Assembly (NCBI GenBank): GCA_021323375.2
Contig: JAJPCT020000026.1
Span: forward strand, 1-64,000
Source: Candidatus Wolframiiraptor gerlachensis
Lineage (GTDB): Archaea > Thermoproteota > Nitrososphaeria_A > Caldarchaeales > Wolframiiraptoraceae
Direction of reading: 5' to 3'
Length of the DNA stretch: 64,000 nucleotides
Part shown: positions 8,159-18,150 of the stretch, piece by piece
How positions within the stretch are numbered: position 1 is the first letter of the stretch
Layout of the letters: each line of letters starts with the position of its first letter
Notes under the pieces: generated by a model
Told to the model about the DNA's origin: nothing
The model's input: the letters and a program-made list of their open reading frames with translations, nothing else
Databases searched by the model: none
Made by a program: the position numbers and the translations under genes

Positions 8159-9346
8159 TTAGCTCTTAGACCTAAGCTCCTCAAAGACCCTTCTTAGAAC
8201 TTCTAACGGGGCGTCAGTCTTGACACCGCTTGGATCTATGTGGGTTGTCGAGGCCCTATAGCCAAGCTCCCTCAACTTCTCTATGAGTATGGAGGGCTTG
8301 ACTGGAGAGCCTCCAAAAATCCTAGCCAGATGGTTTACTGGATGGTATCCCAATAAGCCATGATCCTCCCTCCTTAATCCATCCAATAGCTTAAGGGACT
8401 CCCGATAAAGCTCCGGATTCTCCAAGGCCTTCTGATAGACTCTACCCGCCAGCTCCTGGCTCGTGAGTTCTCTAATCCATGCTGGGCCAGCATAATCCAT
8501 TCTCCCACCGCAGGACTCGCATGCCATGATCGGGCCATCAAACCTGCCCGCGACGCGTATTGCCAAGCATGAGGGGCAGTAGGAGATCCAGCCGATGCTC
8601 CTGAGCACCTCGTTCGCCAGCCTTCTACCCCTCTCAACCACGGCGAAGACCCTGATGTAATGATCCTTCGAGAATGATAGTATAGGCTTGGCGGCGATCC
8701 CAAGCCTGGCCGCCGACCTGGTGATGAATCCCGCGAGAATCCTCAGGGCGATCTCCTTGGAAAATGGCACTCTCAGGGGCTTTGCATCATATTTTCTCAG
8801 ACATGATTCTGGCTTGGCTCCAACGAGTGCCGGCATATCCGTGGCCGTCGCGCCTATAACGCCGCCCCTCCTACAACCCCTAACCCCATTCTCGATAAAT
8901 GGCGCCGGCGACCCCGCCGGATCAATATCCACGTAATGGTATCTCGGTCTCTCCCTCCCACACTCGGCAAGCAGCTCATTCGCATCCATGTAGGTCACCT
9001 CGACGAATTCCCCGAGTTTATTTATCTCCATGTTCAGCTTGATGAGCTCATATGCCCTAGGTGAGACATCATTCACGGTCACCTCGCCGACAACATCGGT
9101 CTCGAGGAGCATCCGGATACTCCTAACACCAACACCAGCAAGAGCATCGCAAGCCCTGATCTTGAGCCCCCCAAACCATGCGGCGAGGAATAACACCGTC
9201 ACATCACGATTCGGCTTCGAGAATGGGTTAAAGAAGACGGGCAGGCTCGTTGGAGCGAAACTCCTTTCTTCAGGGATCTTCGGCGAGTAGAATATCGCCC
9301 TCCCCTCTCTCCTCAGCTCAAGCTCATATCCGGGCTCCGGCATCAT
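8159..9346 (-). CDS. trm1: tRNA (guanine26-N2)-dimethyltransferase Trm1
   Basis: VFFNP..NRD, DALAGVGVRSIR, DIDP.GSP.PF, TATD, THIDPSGVKTDAP. Confidence 0.93.
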   Translation of the reverse strand: MMPEPGYELELRREGRAIFYSPKIPEERSFAPTSLPVFFNPFSKPNRDVTVLFLAAWFGGLKIRACDALAGVGVRSIRMLLETDVVGEVTVNDVSPRAYELIKLNMEINKLGEFVEVTYMDANELLAECGRERPRYHYVDIDPAGSPAPFIENGVRGCRRGGVIGATATDMPALVGAKPESCLRKYDAKPLRVPFSKEIALRILAGFITRSAARLGIAAKPILSFSKDHYIRVFAVVERGRRLANEVLRSIGWISYCPSCLAIRVAGRFDGPIMACESCGGRMDYAGPAWIRELTSQELAGRVYQKALENPELYRESLKLLDGLRREDHGLLGYHPVNHLARIFGGSPVKPSILIEKLRELGYRASTTHIDPSGVKTDAPLEVLRRVFEELRSKS

Positions 9347-9900
9347 CTCCTCCCAAGCGCCCCCAAGACCTCGCTCACAACAATCTCCGGAACCCTATCA
9401 CGATTCTCCAGCGTCAGAGTGATCAGCCTCCTTCCAGCAAGCTCCTTAACCCTGAGGACAAGTGGATCCCTCGACCTATAATGGACCGTGAGGATCGCAT
9501 GCTTGCTGGAGACTAGGAGCTTTTCAACCGCCTGCCTGAACTTCTCGCTATAGAGCTCCATTGGGCCAACCTCATCAACAACAACTACATCCGCCTTCTC
9601 CACGGCCTCGAGTACGGCCGCAACCCCCACGCCCTCAAGATCATTCAAGTTGACAACGTATTTCCCGAGCCTCGGCCCTCCTCTTAGATCTATGTGCGCA
9701 AGTATCCCCTCGCCGCCGCCAATCCTCTTGACCGCGAACCCCATCCTCCTCCCCCGCTCCCGGATCTCCTGAGTATACATCCCGCCAACCCTAACCCCGA
9801 GCCCCATGAGCCGGTCAACAATCCTTAGGATGGCCGTGGTCTTCCCGGACCCCGGCAGTCCAGTCAGGGCATAGAAGATCCTCCCAGATCCCGCGCTCAT
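9343..9900 (-). CDS. Nucleoside triphosphatase THEP1 family
   Basis: TGLPGSGKTT, GGMYTQEIRE.G.R.GF, VVDEVGPMEL. Confidence 0.9.
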   Translation of the reverse strand: MSAGSGRIFYALTGLPGSGKTTAILRIVDRLMGLGVRVGGMYTQEIRERGRRMGFAVKRIGGGEGILAHIDLRGGPRLGKYVVNLNDLEGVGVAAVLEAVEKADVVVVDEVGPMELYSEKFRQAVEKLLVSSKHAILTVHYRSRDPLVLRVKELAGRRLITLTLENRDRVPEIVVSEVLGALGRR

Positions 9901-9953
9901 ATCCCGGAGACATTTTACAGCCTTGTCCGATAAAGAATGTTCGCTTACCGGGA

Positions 9954-10673
9954 TTAGTCGAGGATCACGAGTTCGAGCGGCGAGGTTGGCCTGAGTGGGA
10001 TAATGCTGCCGAGCCCCCTCGAGACGTAGAGCAGCGTGTCGCCGAGATCATATAGTCCACGCGTGTAGGCGGAGTTCGTGAATATCGTGAAAGGCCCGAA
10101 CATCACCCCACCATGAGTATGACCCGCGAGGATCATTCCTGCATCATGGGCATAAAGGGCGACATTAGGATCATGCGCCAATATTATGTCAGCGCGGCGC
10201 CCCCCAAAAGCATATCTCCTATCATCCCTCCAATCGACGCCCAGTATTCGCCCGATCCCGCTCTCCACGACCTCATCTCGGAGAACCTTGAAGCCGCATT
10301 CTTCAAGGATTTGCATAAGCTTCCTCGTCCCGGCACACCAGTAATCATGGTTACCAAGGACGGCATACTTCTCATCGGCCTCCATAGATGAGAGGTAGAG
10401 CTTGACTTGGTCAAGTGAGCCCGTGAACTCGTCAATAACATCGCCGCCATGTAAAATTATCCTCGGCCTCTCCTCCCCGAGGATTTCTAGAACCTGTTTC
10501 TCAACAGGTCCCATGCCATGGATATGCGTATCCACTAGGAAGGCCGTCTTAGCGCCTAGCCCAAGCCTAAGCCTCGTCACGATCATCCTATGCGCCTCGA
10601 TCAAGGAGTAGATTGCCGCCGCGGCTCCCGCGACGACACCTGCTACAAACATCCTCCTCGAGATCCTCGACAA
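9954..10673 (-). CDS. Calcineurin-like metallophosphoesterase with twin-arginine-like signal
   Basis: SRRMFV + hydrophobic stretch; DTH, GGD, GNHD, HDP, GHTHGG, SRGLG. Confidence 0.88.
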   Translation of the reverse strand: MSRISRRMFVAGVVAGAAAAIYSLIEAHRMIVTRLRLGLGAKTAFLVDTHIHGMGPVEKQVLEILGEERPRIILHGGDVIDEFTGSLDQVKLYLSSMEADEKYAVLGNHDYWCAGTRKLMQILEECGFKVLRDEVVESGIGRILGVDWRDDRRYAFGGRRADIILAHDPNVALYAHDAGMILAGHTHGGVMFGPFTIFTNSAYTRGLYDLGDTLLYVSRGLGSIIPLRPTSPLELVILD

Positions 10674-10701
10674 GTCCTCGGCTCACCCCCTCACTCGGGG
10701 G

Positions 10702-11349
10702 CTAGAAATCGTCTAGCTTTCTCTGTGCAAGCTTTGAAATAGTCTTCCATGTAAGTCTTATGTGCTCTTTCCGGATATCCCCCCTCATAAGGGCTTGGAG
10801 TAGGAAGTTCCGGGTCTTTGGATCTGAGGGGTATCCTGAGCCGAAGTCCCCGAGCTCGGCCTTCAGCCTCTCGACAAGCATATCCCTCTCATGCTTCGCG
10901 ATAATAGAGGCTGCTGAGACGACTGGATACTTTCGATCAGCTTTATGCTCGAGTATGAGGGAGCACTGGTGGCCCGCATAACGCTCTATCAACGCCCTGA
11001 AATCATAATACTTTGTCGAGGGCAGGTCTATGTAGGCGGCGTCGGGCCTAAGCCTATCAATAATCTCTGCGATCATACGGGCCTCAAGCTCATTGATCCC
11101 CTTGGCGCCGCTTCTCCTCGTGGACTCATCTACTAGCCGGGCCTCGACAACTACTAGCTCAACCCTCTCCGCGATCTTCTTTATCAGCTTGGAGAGCTCG
11201 GCCCTAACGCCCGGCGTGAGCTCCTTAGAGTCTCTGACACCGGCCTCGATGAGCTCGCCCACCCTCGACTGATCCACGAGGATGCCCGCGATCACCATCG
11301 GGCCTATGACAGCTCCTCTACCCGCCTCATCTATCCCACAGATCCTCAA
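10702..11349 (-). CDS. rnhB: Ribonuclease HII
   Basis: GIDEAGRG, DSK, SAASIIAK, GSGYPSDP; C-terminal PIP-like QRKLDDF. Confidence 0.96.
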   Translation of the reverse strand: MRICGIDEAGRGAVIGPMVIAGILVDQSRVGELIEAGVRDSKELTPGVRAELSKLIKKIAERVELVVVEARLVDESTRRSGAKGINELEARMIAEIIDRLRPDAAYIDLPSTKYYDFRALIERYAGHQCSLILEHKADRKYPVVSAASIIAKHERDMLVERLKAELGDFGSGYPSDPKTRNFLLQALMRGDIRKEHIRLTWKTISKLAQRKLDDF

Positions 11350-11432
11350 CGGATCTCACTCAAGCAATTACAAGTGATAAGGCTTTACCCGGGGGAGAGT
11401 GAGGGCTTTAAATACCCCAGCCTAGGAATCTC

Positions 11433-12518
11433 GTGGTTGGCATCGGGATGAGCTATCTGAGCCGCGTGAGAAGGTTTGTGGAGTCCCTGAGAGGTGATGG
11501 GTTAAGCGGGGCGCTGTTGAGAAGTCCCGCGAACATCTTCTACTTCACCGGCTATCGAGGTACCGGCTACTTCTTGGTCCCGGTTGATGGATTTCCCACG
11601 CTCTATGTCTCGCCCCTGAACTTTGAGCTGGCTGAGGAATCGGTCCCGGGGGATATTCAGGTCATTAAGCTTGAGCAAGGCTCCGACATTCGTAGAGTCT
11701 TCGAGCTCATACCAGAAAGCCTCAAAACGCGCATCGGGTTCGATGCTATGGAGGTGGAGGATTATCTAAAGGTCTCAGGCCAGCTTGTCGGCTCGATGAT
11801 GCCGGTCTCCAAGCACATCTGGAAGCTCAGGATGGTTAAGGATGAGTCTGAGATCGAGAAGATAAGGAGGGCGTGTGAGATCTCGTCCAGATGCATGGAG
11901 CTCGCATCCGAGCTACTTGGAGAGGGCCTAACAGAATATGAGGTTAAGTCTGAGATATTGAGGGAGATGCTAAGCCTAGGCGGAGATGGGCCGGCATTCG
12001 ACCCAATAGTCGCATCGGGCCCGAACTCATCAAAACCCCATGGAGTATACAGGAATAGGATGATCGAGAGAGGTGATGTCGTCGTGATCGATCTCGGCGT
12101 CATCTATGAGGGCTACTGCTCCGACATCACAAGAACATTCTATCTAGGACCAGGCTCGAATGAGGTATCTAGGGTGCATCAAGCCGTCTCAGAGGCTAAG
12201 CGCCGGGCCGAGGAGCTCATCAGGATAGGTGTAAGGGCCTCAGAAATTTACCATGCAGCGCATGGGGTCTTAGCGTCGGCGGGCTACGCAGACTACTTCT
12301 TACACGCGCTCGGCCATGGCGTCGGGATAGAGATTCATGAGCCACCGAGGCTATTCAGGGACTCCGAGGAGATATTCACCGAGGGAATGGTGATAACCGT
12401 GGAGCCCGGAGTATACTTCCCGAAAAGATTCGGCGTCAGAATCGAGGACACGATCCTCATCAAGAGGGATGGAGTCGAGAGACTGACCTCAGCGCCCTAT
12501 GAGCTGGCCCTAGGCTAG
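11433..12518 (+). CDS. pepQ: Xaa-Pro aminopeptidase/prolidase (M24B)
   Basis: YCSDITRT, HALGHGVGIEIHE, TVEPG, GVRIED. Confidence 0.92.
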   Translation: MVGIGMSYLSRVRRFVESLRGDGLSGALLRSPANIFYFTGYRGTGYFLVPVDGFPTLYVSPLNFELAEESVPGDIQVIKLEQGSDIRRVFELIPESLKTRIGFDAMEVEDYLKVSGQLVGSMMPVSKHIWKLRMVKDESEIEKIRRACEISSRCMELASELLGEGLTEYEVKSEILREMLSLGGDGPAFDPIVASGPNSSKPHGVYRNRMIERGDVVVIDLGVIYEGYCSDITRTFYLGPGSNEVSRVHQAVSEAKRRAEELIRIGVRASEIYHAAHGVLASAGYADYFLHALGHGVGIEIHEPPRLFRDSEEIFTEGMVITVEPGVYFPKRFGVRIEDTILIKRDGVERLTSAPYELALG

Positions 12519-13312
12519 GCCCCGAATCTCCTCTGCCTCCTCTGATAAGTCCTTATCGCCCTCATCAGGTCTATCTTACGGAACTCGGGCCAATAAACAT
12601 CTAGAAAGATGAGCTCGCTGTAAGCCGATTGCCATAGGAGGAAGTTGCTTATCCTCTCCTCACCAGATGTTCTTATAATGACATCCGGATCCGGTATTGG
12701 GAGATCCGCCGTATAGAGATATCGGCCTATCACATCCTCGCTGATATCCTCTATACGTAGCTTCCCCGCCAAGACATCCATCGCAAGCTTCCTCGCGGCA
12801 TCAGTTATCTCCGCCCTCCCACCATAGGCGATCGCCAAGTTCACGTAAAGGTTGTCATACTCCCTCGTCTCCTTCTCAAGCCTCTCAAGAAGGCTTCTCA
12901 AATCATCGGGGAGGAGCTCCTTCCTGCCAAGAACCTTCACCCTTATCCTATGCCTATGCACCAAGTCGCCGTTAAGAACATCCTCAACCTTCTCACGCAA
13001 TATCCTGAGTAGCTCCTCGATCTCCTTCTCGCTCCTCCTAAAGTTCTCGGTGGAGAGGGCGAAGAATGTCACGACCTTGATCCCTAGCTCGAGGCACCAC
13101 TTAATAACTTCCTCAACCTTCTCCGCCCCAACCCTATGACCGTACCATGGCTCAAGCCCTTTCTCCCGAGCCCATCTTCTATTCCCATCCATTATAACCG
13201 CTATATGTGATGGTATCACGCCTCGCGATATCGTCCGGCTAAGCCACTTCTCATAAAGCTTGTAGGCGCCTAAAAACCTCAGCAGGCCCTGGAATATGCC
13301 CATCCCGGTCAA
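12515..13312 (-). CDS. uppS: cis-prenyltransferase (polyprenyl diphosphate synthase)
   Basis: IMDGNRRWA, STENF.R, YGGR.EI, IRTSGE.RISNFLLWQ. Confidence 0.96.
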   Translation of the reverse strand: MTGMGIFQGLLRFLGAYKLYEKWLSRTISRGVIPSHIAVIMDGNRRWAREKGLEPWYGHRVGAEKVEEVIKWCLELGIKVVTFFALSTENFRRSEKEIEELLRILREKVEDVLNGDLVHRHRIRVKVLGRKELLPDDLRSLLERLEKETREYDNLYVNLAIAYGGRAEITDAARKLAMDVLAGKLRIEDISEDVIGRYLYTADLPIPDPDVIIRTSGEERISNFLLWQSAYSELIFLDVYWPEFRKIDLMRAIRTYQRRQRRFGA

Positions 13313-13347
13313 GGGCTCTTGGGTTAGGCCGATTGATAACCTTAACC

Positions 13348-14526
13348 TTAACGCTCAATCTTTCTTCTAAAGTACTTGGAATATGTTTTTCGCAGGATTC
13401 TAGTAACCCATATCGTCACTATTATTGTTGCCATTCCGAGGACTGCTGTGATGACTAGTAGGAGGATGTGCGGGTTCTCGAAGCCTCCGGACGCGCCGAC
13501 CACGAGCACTATGCCGGTCCTCTTGAGCAGCGCCCAGAGCCATGCGAGCAGAACCGACCCGCGGACCATGAGCCAGAAGCTTGGATCTCGCATGAACAGG
13601 TAGTATACCATGTTCGCGAGCAGCATTATGAAGATGGCGATCGAGATTATGTCTATCGAGTTGCTTATATATGTCCCGGCTATGAAGGGTAGCTTTCCAA
13701 GCCACCAGAGAACATGTGTCGAGAATTCTGGTGCATCCGGGTAAGCCTCCTGTATCGCTTTTAAAGTCGAGATATAGCCTATGTAGAATCCGAGCACGAG
13801 CAGGAGCGCGGAGGTGATGGCCGCGTATGCTCTTAGCTGCGTGTATGGAGGCAATCTGAATAGCTTTGTTATATTCTTGAAACTTGATGCAATCCTTTGA
13901 TCGAGGCCGAAGCCCCTTATGATGAAGTATATCCCGATCGCCGAGAGTATGAAGGGGAGCGAGGCCACGTTGATTATGTAAAGTATGCCTATTATCGCCA
14001 TTAGGAGGCCCGGTATCCCGAGGAATATCCTAGCGTATCTGGGCTCCGTGAAGACGAGCTTCAGGTATCTTCCGAGAACGAGCCATGTCTGCTCGACGGC
14101 CTCACTATGTCTCACGACAACCCTTCTAACGGATATTACAGGGAGCTTGGAAGTGATTATCGGAGTTACGAATTGGTCCGTGACGCCATCGCTCACGAGC
14201 ACGCATGCCTCCGCCTTAAACCTCTGGAGGACTTCCTCGAGCTCGCCCATTATCTTCATGTCGGCCTCGATGCCCTCGCCTTCCTTCCCAGCGACCGTGG
14301 CAACCTCAATATTGCCTCCGAACTTCTCAGAAAGCTCCCTGTATACCTTTAATGCCCCGAATATGGCGTTGGCGTCGGCCTCCTCCGGGTCGGCCAGTAA
14401 TAGGGCTTGAGCGGCCTTGAGATTCTCCTCAAAGCCTATGATTGGTGTAGAGATGCCAGTCTTCCTCCCGATATCATCGTCACGATCCACTACGAGGATC
14501 AGCAGCTTCTTCGGCGCCTCGGCCAT
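13348..14526 (-). CDS. DUF373 family membrane protein
   Basis: VDRDDDIGRKTG, ADPEEADAN, VSDG..D; conserved neighbour of uppS in archaea. Confidence 0.88.
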   Translation of the reverse strand: MAEAPKKLLILVVDRDDDIGRKTGISTPIIGFEENLKAAQALLLADPEEADANAIFGALKVYRELSEKFGGNIEVATVAGKEGEGIEADMKIMGELEEVLQRFKAEACVLVSDGVTDQFVTPIITSKLPVISVRRVVVRHSEAVEQTWLVLGRYLKLVFTEPRYARIFLGIPGLLMAIIGILYIINVASLPFILSAIGIYFIIRGFGLDQRIASSFKNITKLFRLPPYTQLRAYAAITSALLLVLGFYIGYISTLKAIQEAYPDAPEFSTHVLWWLGKLPFIAGTYISNSIDIISIAIFIMLLANMVYYLFMRDPSFWLMVRGSVLLAWLWALLKRTGIVLVVGASGGFENPHILLLVITAVLGMATIIVTIWVTRILRKTYSKYFRRKIER

Positions 14527-14574
14527 CTATTATCTACACGTATCAAGTTTCTGGAGGGATGAAATAAGGGTTGC

Positions 14575-15480
14575 TCAGCTCTTTCCAACGAGCTCCTCCA
14601 GCCCCTCCCCATCCTCCATTAACGCCTTGAACTCCTCGAAGCTAAGCTTCCTCCCAGCGGCTAGCTTGAGCCTCGCCTCGGCCTTAAGCCTCTCCTTGAC
14701 CATCTCAGCCCTCCTCTTCTCCTCTTCCTGCTTAAGCTTCTCTAGCCTCTCCTGAAGCTCGATAAGCCTCGATGAGACCAGTATCTTCTCGGCCTCAAGC
14801 TCCATAAGCCTCTTCTTGGCGTCAAGATACTTCGCGTGCCACTCGTCGCTCTTCTGCTTAAGCTCTTGGATTTTCTCCCTCAAAGCCTTCCTCTGCTCGA
14901 AGCTCGCGCCCAGCTCCCTCTTCAAGGCGCCAATCTTCTCCCTCAAGGACTCTATCTCGCTTTCAGCCTTGGCGACCTCTTCCTCTAGGGCTTGAAGCCT
15001 AGACTGGAACTCCTCCCTCTTAACCACCTGCTCGAGCTTCGCGTGAAGCTCCTCGAGGAGCTCGCTCAGCCTCTTCTCCTCCTCCTTCGGGAGGGGTCCC
15101 GTCTGTATCCTCCAGTCTATCTCCTGCATCCTCGCCTCTATCTCCTCCCTGGACTCCTTGACCACCCGCAGCTTTCTAAACTCGGCTCTAACAGCTCTAA
15201 GCTCCTGCCTTTTGGCCTTAAGCTCCGCCTTCATCGAGCCGAGCTCCTCCCTGAGTTTGGCCAGGGCGTCGCGCTTCTCCCTATCAGCCCCCCTCAGGCC
15301 CCTCAGCTTCTCGGTGTAGGGCTTCATCTCCTCATGGATCTTATCCCTCTTCTCCGCGTATCTCCTAACCTCCTCCTCGACCTCGCTTATCCTTATGTTG
15401 AGCTGCCTCAGCTTCTCCCTCAGCTCCAAGACCTCGTTCTCGATCTTCTCATACTCGCTCAGAGAAGACATGATACTCAC
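14575..15480 (-). CDS. Archaeal long coiled-coil protein (COG1340-like)
   Basis: Heptad E/K/R/L pattern, IDWRIQT..L..EEEK, C-terminal GRKLSFEEF. Confidence 0.8.
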   Translation of the reverse strand: MSIMSSLSEYEKIENEVLELREKLRQLNIRISEVEEEVRRYAEKRDKIHEEMKPYTEKLRGLRGADREKRDALAKLREELGSMKAELKAKRQELRAVRAEFRKLRVVKESREEIEARMQEIDWRIQTGPLPKEEEKRLSELLEELHAKLEQVVKREEFQSRLQALEEEVAKAESEIESLREKIGALKRELGASFEQRKALREKIQELKQKSDEWHAKYLDAKKRLMELEAEKILVSSRLIELQERLEKLKQEEEKRRAEMVKERLKAEARLKLAAGRKLSFEEFKALMEDGEGLEELVGKS

Positions 15481-16283
15481 CTCAGCTCTAGATCTTCTTC
15501 TAAGAAGAATCTGGTGAGCGCGGCGTGAAGCTCGGAGAGCCCCTCCATAGTCGTAGACGAGACAGGGACTATTGGAATGCTTGCTATGATGTCCCGGAGA
15601 GTCTCAGCGACCTCGCGCGAGAAGCTCATAAGCCTCCCACGCGTCATACTCTCGAGGTCTAGGAGAAGCGTATCGAAGGACTCGCTCCAGGCCTCCAGCT
15701 TCTCGACGTCCTCCAGCGAGATGGCATCTATCTTATTTAGGGCGTGGACCATGGGAATCCCGAGCGAGAAATAGACGGATGCTGAGAGAAACATGCTCGA
15801 GATGAAGTTCTTAACAACGCTGCAGAACATGGGGTCCAAGACGAATACCATGACCTTCCTATCCTTGAAGCCTATGTTCTCGGCTATGATGTACCCCTCC
15901 TGCCTGAAGGCAAAGAGCTCGAGCTGCCCCGGGGTATCAACTATGACATAGTCGGCGTTATAGGAGTTTATCTCCTCCCTAAGATCCTCGACATGCCTAG
16001 CAGCCTCCCTGATAGAGGCTATGAGAGCCGCGTTCGGCCCAAGGCGCCTCGTAGACATGATCCTCTCATAGTCCACGAAATCCCTGATATCAACATCCGG
16101 CTCATAGGGGAGGACTTGGGCGGCTGGATCGAGATTCACAAGCACCACGAACTTGTCTTGAGATCTAAGCCAATCTCCATAGGCGGATGTTAGCGTGGAT
16201 TTCCCCGAGCCAGCCGTGCCAACAATGAATATCGTATTCACACCGCCCACCCCCACCGAACAACAAGTAAGCATTATGAGCAT
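15477..16283 (-). CDS. GPN-loop GTPase (likely start GTG 16241)
   Basis: GTAGSGKS, NLDPA, LGPN, DTPGQ.E.F, NKID. Confidence 0.93.
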   Translation of the reverse strand: MLIMLTCCSVGVGGVNTIFIVGTAGSGKSTLTSAYGDWLRSQDKFVVLVNLDPAAQVLPYEPDVDIRDFVDYERIMSTRRLGPNAALIASIREAARHVEDLREEINSYNADYVIVDTPGQLELFAFRQEGYIIAENIGFKDRKVMVFVLDPMFCSVVKNFISSMFLSASVYFSLGIPMVHALNKIDAISLEDVEKLEAWSESFDTLLLDLESMTRGRLMSFSREVAETLRDIIASIPIVPVSSTTMEGLSELHAALTRFFLEEDLELR

Positions 16284-16290
16284 TAATCAG

Positions 16291-16587
16291 CTAGAAGATC
16301 CCGGAGAAGCCCGAGAGCATCTTCTCGTCCTCGCTTTTCAAGATCCTCAGCACTTCCTCCCTCTCCTCGCCCTTAACCTCGACCGCGAGATCCTTGGCCA
16401 GCTCAAGGGCGCGCCCGCATTGCTCCTCGCTCCCGATTATCCTTATGTAGACGCCGCTCTTGCCCAGTATCCCCGCATCCCGCGAGATCACATTGGCCCT
16501 CGACACGATATCATCCTTCAATAGTATGTTCATGAGCTTCTCGCCAGCCTCCTTCTCAGCGTAGAGAACGAGCTCCATGCCCACCAC
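16291..16587 (-). CDS. Conserved-type archaeal hypothetical protein
   Basis: 98-aa ORF in operon-like arrangement, DDIVSRA and GF.GIF end. Confidence 0.7.
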   Translation of the reverse strand: MVGMELVLYAEKEAGEKLMNILLKDDIVSRANVISRDAGILGKSGVYIRIIGSEEQCGRALELAKDLAVEVKGEEREEVLRILKSEDEKMLSGFSGIF

Positions 16588-16791
16588 CTACTTCTTAGAT
16601 GAGGCCCACCACTCCAAATACTCTGCATACTTCCTCTTCTTTTTCTCCTCTGTCACACCCACCTCAATATCCCTTCTCGCATCAACTACTAGATCCTGAG
16701 GGGTGTAAATGAGCCCGCAGCCCAGGCAGACATAGGAGCGCGTGTTCCGGTCATAGAGGATCTTCGCCCCGCACTCACGACAGTAGGGCAA
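16588..16791 (-). CDS. Small Zn-ribbon protein
   Basis: CRECG...CLGCG, EYLEWW tail; likely TTG start 16791. Confidence 0.7.
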   Translation of the reverse strand: MPYCRECGAKILYDRNTRSYVCLGCGLIYTPQDLVVDARRDIEVGVTEEKKKRKYAEYLEWWASSKK

Positions 16792-17289
16792 CCCTGGATC
16801 GTCCCTCGCTTCAATCGCGCAGCTATTAAACATTATTCTGGTGGGTTGCTAGGCTAACCTCTTAATCATCAGTTTGATTATTTCGTAAATCTATGCGCAT
16901 AGGAAGTATGCAGAAGATAACGCGATCAGAGAACTTGAAGCAAGATTAGGTTCAATACCTGCCTAGGAACAGGACGAGTCATTTGTCTCCTAATTATGTA
17001 TGAATAAATAAAAGAATCTAAACAAAATCCTCTCAAGAATATGCGACTTGATAGTGAAAAGTCTAGTCTAGTGTAGAATAAAAATGGGAGATGTGGGGGG
17101 TGGGGCTGGCCGGCGAGTCCTCGTAGCCGGTCCGGCGGGCATATCGTTTCGAGCAGAATTCAGCCGCATCAAGAAGAGAAAACATGATTTTTCGGAAAAT
17201 TCACTCAGCTCTAGTGAATATTTAGTGTTGATCTTTTCGAGGCCTGCAAGCCTTTTATAGCGAGGTCCCGAATAAATGCTTAGCTAGAG

Positions 17290-17682
17290 GTGATGGGCAT
17301 GGATGAGGATCTAGAGCTTAGAGCGCTCAAGCTCAGGAAGCTTATGGAGCTCGCTTCCCTCAAGGCGAAAGCCACGGATGTTAAGAAGGAGGCGGAGAGG
17401 CAGTTGAGCTTCGAGGAGGCTCTTAGGATAGTTAGGGAAAATCTCGTGGATCGCGGGGATGAGGTGCTCGACGCGGCGCTTAAGCAGTATCCCGAGCAGA
17501 CCAAGAAGATCGTGATGATCTTGGCGGAGAAGATAGTCAAGGGGGAGATCAGCCAGAAGATAGGAGGAAGCATGCTGATGAATCTCTTCGATTATCTCGG
17601 TATGCCTGTAAAACTGCGATCGCGGATACTCTATTATAAGAAGGGCGAGTATAAGTCAATCGAGGAATTATTGCGGTCCTGA
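17290..17682 (+). CDS. PDCD5/TFAR19-like double-stranded DNA-binding family protein
   Basis: D.ELRALKLRKL N-terminus, DRG.EVL..A..QYP, helical bundle. Confidence 0.6.
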   Translation: MMGMDEDLELRALKLRKLMELASLKAKATDVKKEAERQLSFEEALRIVRENLVDRGDEVLDAALKQYPEQTKKIVMILAEKIVKGEISQKIGGSMLMNLFDYLGMPVKLRSRILYYKKGEYKSIEELLRS

Positions 17683-17735
17683 AAGCATAGGGCAAACTTT
17701 ATAGTCAGGCGCGGATTTCGCCATTCGAGGTAAAA

Positions 17736-18143
17736 TTGTCGGGAGAATACCAGATTCCTGAAGGCTACTACTACACGAGGGATCACATCTGGATCAAGCC
17801 CGAGGACGGCGTAGTTACCCTAGGCGTGACTGATTATGGTCAGAAGAAGCTTAGGGATGTTGTTCACATCGAGTTGCCGAGCATAGGCCAGTCCATCGAG
17901 GAGGGTGAGACGCTCGCGGTGATAGAGTCCATCAAGGCATCAGTCGAGATACATTCACCGGTCTCCGGTAGGGTTGTTAAGGTAAATTCCAAGCTTATAG
18001 ATAACCCGGAGCTGATAAACGAGGATCCATATGGCAGCGGCTGGATAGTGAAGATAGAGCTGGCCGAGGAGCTGAGAACCGAGGATCTAATGGAGGCCGA
18101 TGAATACTCTAAATACATCGAGGACTTAGAGGAATCTGTTTAG
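17736..18143 (+). CDS. gcvH: Glycine cleavage system H (lipoyl carrier) protein
   Basis: YT.DH.W, GVTDYGQ, lipoyl-Lys IESIKA, SPVSG, NEDPYG.GW. Confidence 0.93.
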   Translation: MSGEYQIPEGYYYTRDHIWIKPEDGVVTLGVTDYGQKKLRDVVHIELPSIGQSIEEGETLAVIESIKASVEIHSPVSGRVVKVNSKLIDNPELINEDPYGSGWIVKIELAEELRTEDLMEADEYSKYIEDLEESV

Positions 18144-18150
18144 AAGGTCT

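Noticed and set aside
14992-15528. 178-aa Leu-rich plus-strand ORF
   Set aside because: Reverse complement of GAG/AAG-rich codons of the coiled-coil gene
16947-16962. T-loop-like TAGGTTCAATACCTG
   Set aside because: No cloverleaf; AT-rich context
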